Assembly (NCBI GenBank): GCA_963693365.1
Contig: CAVNZM010000012.1
Location: 6,026,889 to 6,090,888, forward strand
DNA length: 64,000 bases
Reading direction: 5' to 3'
Source: Amoebidium appalachense
Taxonomy: Eukaryota > Protista > Ichthyosporea
Shown here one piece after another: positions 59,982 to 64,000 of the stretch; the stretch's first letter is position 1, and each line of letters starts with the position of its first letter. The translations under genes were made by a program, and so were the position numbers. The notes beneath the pieces are model-generated. The model was not told the DNA's origin. It ran no database searches and was given only the letters and a program-made list of their open reading frames with translations.

Positions 59982-61144
59982 TATATCGGGACTACCATTC
60001 TACAATAAGCCGGAGTCACGGTAGGGGGGAGGGGAGGGGGGGGGCCAGGGCAGGGGGGGGGGGGGGGGGGGGGGGGCGTTTTTTCCGTATCATGGGAGGT
60101 TTGAAAGTTTTACATGAATGGTTGTGTAGATAAAAAAACATCTATAATAGTATCCGAGTCTATCAGCCGTCCAAGGCTTGTTAGCCATTACATGTTGCAT
60201 TTGCCGAAATACTGCGTCTGTGTATCTGTAGTAGTAATTATTTGTGATCACGTCATTAATACGTGGCTTTAATTTTGTAACATTTTTTTGAATTTTTGCA
60301 GATTTGTTTTTAGTGAGGGGCTCTGGACCGAGCACGGGCGGCGGCTGGGGTGTGGGGGGGAAAGGGGGGAGGGGGGGGGGGGGGGGGAAGGGGGGGGGAA
60401 GGGGGGACCTTTAAGGCACCGTAAGGAGGAGGGGGGGGGGAGGGGGGTTTGTAACTGAAGGACATGCAGTGCATGTGTGCCGGTACATGGTGTGCAACAT
60501 AGTCAGTATGCCTGTCTCTTTTGTAACGGTTTCTTCTTTTCTACATACATACGTGTGTTTTTTTCTTTTTTTTCTTTTTTTTCTTTTCTTTTTCTTTTTT
60601 TTTTTTTTTTTGCCCGTTGGTGTGTACGGCAGGGTGAATGGGGAGGAGGAGGAGGGAGAGGGGGGGGGGGGGGGGGGAGGGGGGGGAGAAGGAGGAGGGG
60701 GGGGGAGGAGGGGGGGGGGGGGGGGGGGGGGGGCACCTCCCCATCCACGCAACTGGGCACCATCTGTTTTGTCATTGGCAGAAGCACGAAACCGCTCTAA
60801 GGGGTCTAGCACGTTATGGGCTGTTGCCCCGCCAGAGCACGGCTGTACCATAGCCACGATTATGAGACAAGGAAAAATCTTGAACAAGGCTTGGTGGCTG
60901 TGAGGACAGAATGGAAAATCCGGGGACCGTCACTTCAGATTAAGGATGGTCAACGGAGAGTGAATTTTAAAGGAGTGAATGGTAGACAAAAGGTCGTAAC
61001 TTATGATGTTGGCAGAAGATCTTAGAACGTCGTTGGCTATGATAGTATTTAGTGCTCTACAGACGAGCCAGACGGCACCTTGTGGTAAGCTTAGTGTAAC
61101 TGCATGTGCATGGATTCGTGAAGGAAAAAAAAAAAAAAAAGAAA

Positions 61145-61178
<34 letters not shown>

Positions 61179-61563
61179 GGAACGATGGATGGCTCACACC
61201 TTAAAAAACTGGCGGGAAAAATACCGACGAAACTCCCTTGTGACTAAAAGCCAATGATCGCATTATTAAAAGTCTAACAATAACATGATACTTTGCATCT
61301 GAAGCCAGCGTGGGGCAGTCCGACAGTCGCCACACGCGCGCGCCGTTCGGGAACCGAGTTTTTGATGGCGTATAGAAATGCAGCAACGCAATAGACAGGC
61401 GCCAAACATAATCAAAGTGGATTCAGTACATATATTGCTAACCAAATAAGAAGTTTTAAATGGCTTGGCTACTGTAGATGTTTTTTTTGGAGCTCACAAT
61501 GGAGGGGGGGTAGGGGCAAATCCCCCTAACCATCTAGGGTGAATCATTCAAGTAACCGTATGA

Positions 61564-61601
61564 CCACCCGACATCTATGTACCCACCCGACATCTATGTA
61601 C
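61564..61601. repeat. 19-bp direct tandem duplication CCACCCGACATCTATGTAC x2
   Basis: Perfect copies at 61564-61582 and 61583-61601. Confidence 0.85.
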
Positions 61602-62084
61602 GTGTTCATGATATACCGCTGAGGGGATATTCCGAGCAAAAACCCCCCCCCATACCTGAGACTGGTTTCTCTTTGCCTCGAGTAAACAGCGTAAACCCCC
61701 ATTATCTGATGTAAGACTATCAGTACACTCTACTACTATAGTATTGGAGGGTTTTCATTGGGGAGCCACTTTCATCCAATCCATCATGTTCGATCTAGTT
61801 TGCACCCTTCTGAGAAAGCATGCCGTGACCACGTGCCAATCACATATACGTATTTCTTTTTTCTGCATACCGCGATATCAGCTGTGACGTAATCTAGGAT
61901 TTCTAAATTTTTAACTTAACAGTTCTTGATGTCTGCGTGACCGTTAGTTTCGGTTGTCAACAACGTCGGTGTGTTATTTGTTTTGTGAGTTTTGTATATA
62001 TTTACTACCACTTGTAGGGATCGCGCACAACTAGGTCATTCGAGCCACAAAAGTGGCTCAGATCGCCGGTCGGCTTATCATTAT

Positions 62085-62165
62085 TCTCTCTGCTCTCTCT
62101 CCCACTCTCCCTCCCTCCCTCCCTCCCTCCCTCCCTCCCTCCCTCCCTCCCTCCCTCCCTCTCCT

Positions 62166-62245
<80 letters not shown>

Positions 62246-62283
62246 CTCTCTCTCTCTAGATCTCTCTCTCTCACTCTCTCTCT

Positions 62284-62318
<35 letters not shown>

Positions 62319-62367
62319 GATCTCTCTCTCTAGATCTCTCTCTCTCTTCTTATAGATCTCTCTCTCT

Positions 62368-62440
<73 letters not shown>

Positions 62441-62459
62441 CCCCCCCCCCCCCCCCCCC

Positions 62460-62492
<33 letters not shown>

Positions 62493-62593
62493 TCAAGATC
62501 CCTCCTCCCTTCCTGATCCCCTCCCGCGGAGTCTCTCTCTCTCTCTCTTAGCTCACTCTCTCACTCACTCTCTCACTCACACACACACACACA

Positions 62594-62672
<79 letters not shown>

Positions 62673-62676
62673 ACAG

Positions 62677-62721
<45 letters not shown>

Positions 62722-62780
62722 CCCTCCCCCCCCCCCCTCTCGCCCCCACCCCTCCCTCTCTTACTTTCCCTCTCTCTCGC
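62085..62780. repeat. Compound (CT)n/(CCCT)n/(CA)n microsatellite with recurring TAGAT interruptions
   Basis: Direct inspection. It is representative of dozens of simple repeats across the window. Confidence 0.9.
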
Positions 62781-63102
62781 TCAATGAGTCACGCACACGC
62801 ACAAAAACGCACATACACACACACACACACCGTTACACACACACAAATACACACACACACACACACAAGCACACGAACACACCTCCCCTCCCTCACACAC
62901 ACACACACACACACATCACCGTCACCACCCTCGTTCACACACTCCGGGACCCACCTTCATAATTAACCTCGTAATGCAAATGTATCATACATACACTCAC
63001 ACTATTACTATGGGCCGTGCGCGCTCACAACCATCCACGTATACACACACTCGCCCACACAGAGACACACATGTTCACGTGACACATATACATCACACAT
63101 GT

Positions 63103-63181
<79 letters not shown>

Positions 63182-64000
63182 CATGCATACACACACACAT
63201 GTACACACACACCGTTCACACACACACACAGAGGACACACACAGGCGCACACATTCACAGACACACACGCACACACAGACAGACACACACGTGCACGGCT
63301 CGCCGTCACGCCGTACACACATGATCACCCATGGGGCCAAATAATTAGGCAATGGCCCCCGACACATATTAGCTAAGGCTGTCTGCTGCCAACTTCCTAT
63401 CATCTCAGTAGCAGCGAGTGTTGGACAGGCTATCGATAACGCTATCGTTCTAGAATTCTTGCAATAATGTGGGACGGCACGGATTGAATAGTGGGGGTTT
63501 GTGGTACATAGTCTGATAGTGGCATGCTATTCAAGTTGACTGACGCCCCGGGTCGGCCGCTGGCCGTGGGTTCCTTGTATTGGTGGTTGTGCCATGGAGC
63601 CAGCTGCTTCGACCAGCATGCATGCGAAGTTGTTCATTCGAATTCAAGTTTTGCAGTTTGCAACCTGCATGGACGTAGACAGACGCTCATGCTCATGTAT
63701 TGTAGCTGAGTGAGGGCGACAAGCCTTGCCCGCGACAAGGGCGACACAATACACGTGCCTGGCTGACGGGTGTGCGATATGCGGGTTCTTCTGGTATGCA
63801 AAATAAAAAGACAGAGTTGAGCAAAGTGCATGCTGTGCAATGTGCATGGACCTCGCACAGCTGCAGGAGTCCGTCGAGATGACCAGCGCGCAGTGGCAGG
63901 ATAGATATCGATAGCGCTAATTAGAAGACAACGGAGAAGACGCTTAGTCACGTAACTACATGCAATTTAATGCTCGAGTTGCCAAGTGATGATAGCCTTT

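Larger units (their letters stand above)
57919..61544. mobile_element. Possible 3.6 kb decayed DNA transposon bounded by a perfect 24-bp inverted repeat
   Basis: 57919-57942 ATTCACCCTAGATGGTTAGGGGGA is the exact reverse complement of 61521-61544. No transposase ORF was recognised inside. Confidence 0.45.

Noticed and set aside
63300-64000. Complex unique sequence at the right edge, possibly coding or TE-derived
   Set aside because: Only short ORFs with no recognisable motif; needs BLASTx and the adjacent window.

Overview
Eukaryotic genomic DNA, extremely rich in poly-G/poly-C runs and (CA)n/(CT)n microsatellites, so almost all ORFs in the track are low-complexity artefacts. Four spliced GT-AG genes can be rebuilt by hand: a partial Spinster/SPNS1-like MFS transporter (minus, runs off the left edge), protein-L-isoaspartate O-methyltransferase (plus, 8 exons), mitochondrial ribosomal protein uL22m (minus, 7 exons) and N-acetylglucosamine-6-phosphate deacetylase (minus, 5 exons, one +1 frameshift in a G run). 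The proteins look animal-like but divergent; a unicellular holozoan such as an ichthyosporean is a guess only. The most unusual content lies outside the genes. Two degenerate arrays flank the PCMT gene (about 2.4-13.9 kb with 7 units; about 20.7-36.5 kb with 12 cores). They appear homologous, and each core has conserved flanks that can base-pair around a highly divergent 14-57 nt central segment. There is also a multi-copy intronic element of about 240 nt with covarying stems, two MITE-like families, and many introns that begin with (GT)n and/or end with (AC)n-AG. All alignments and folds were done by eye; none of the repeats could be assigned to a known family.
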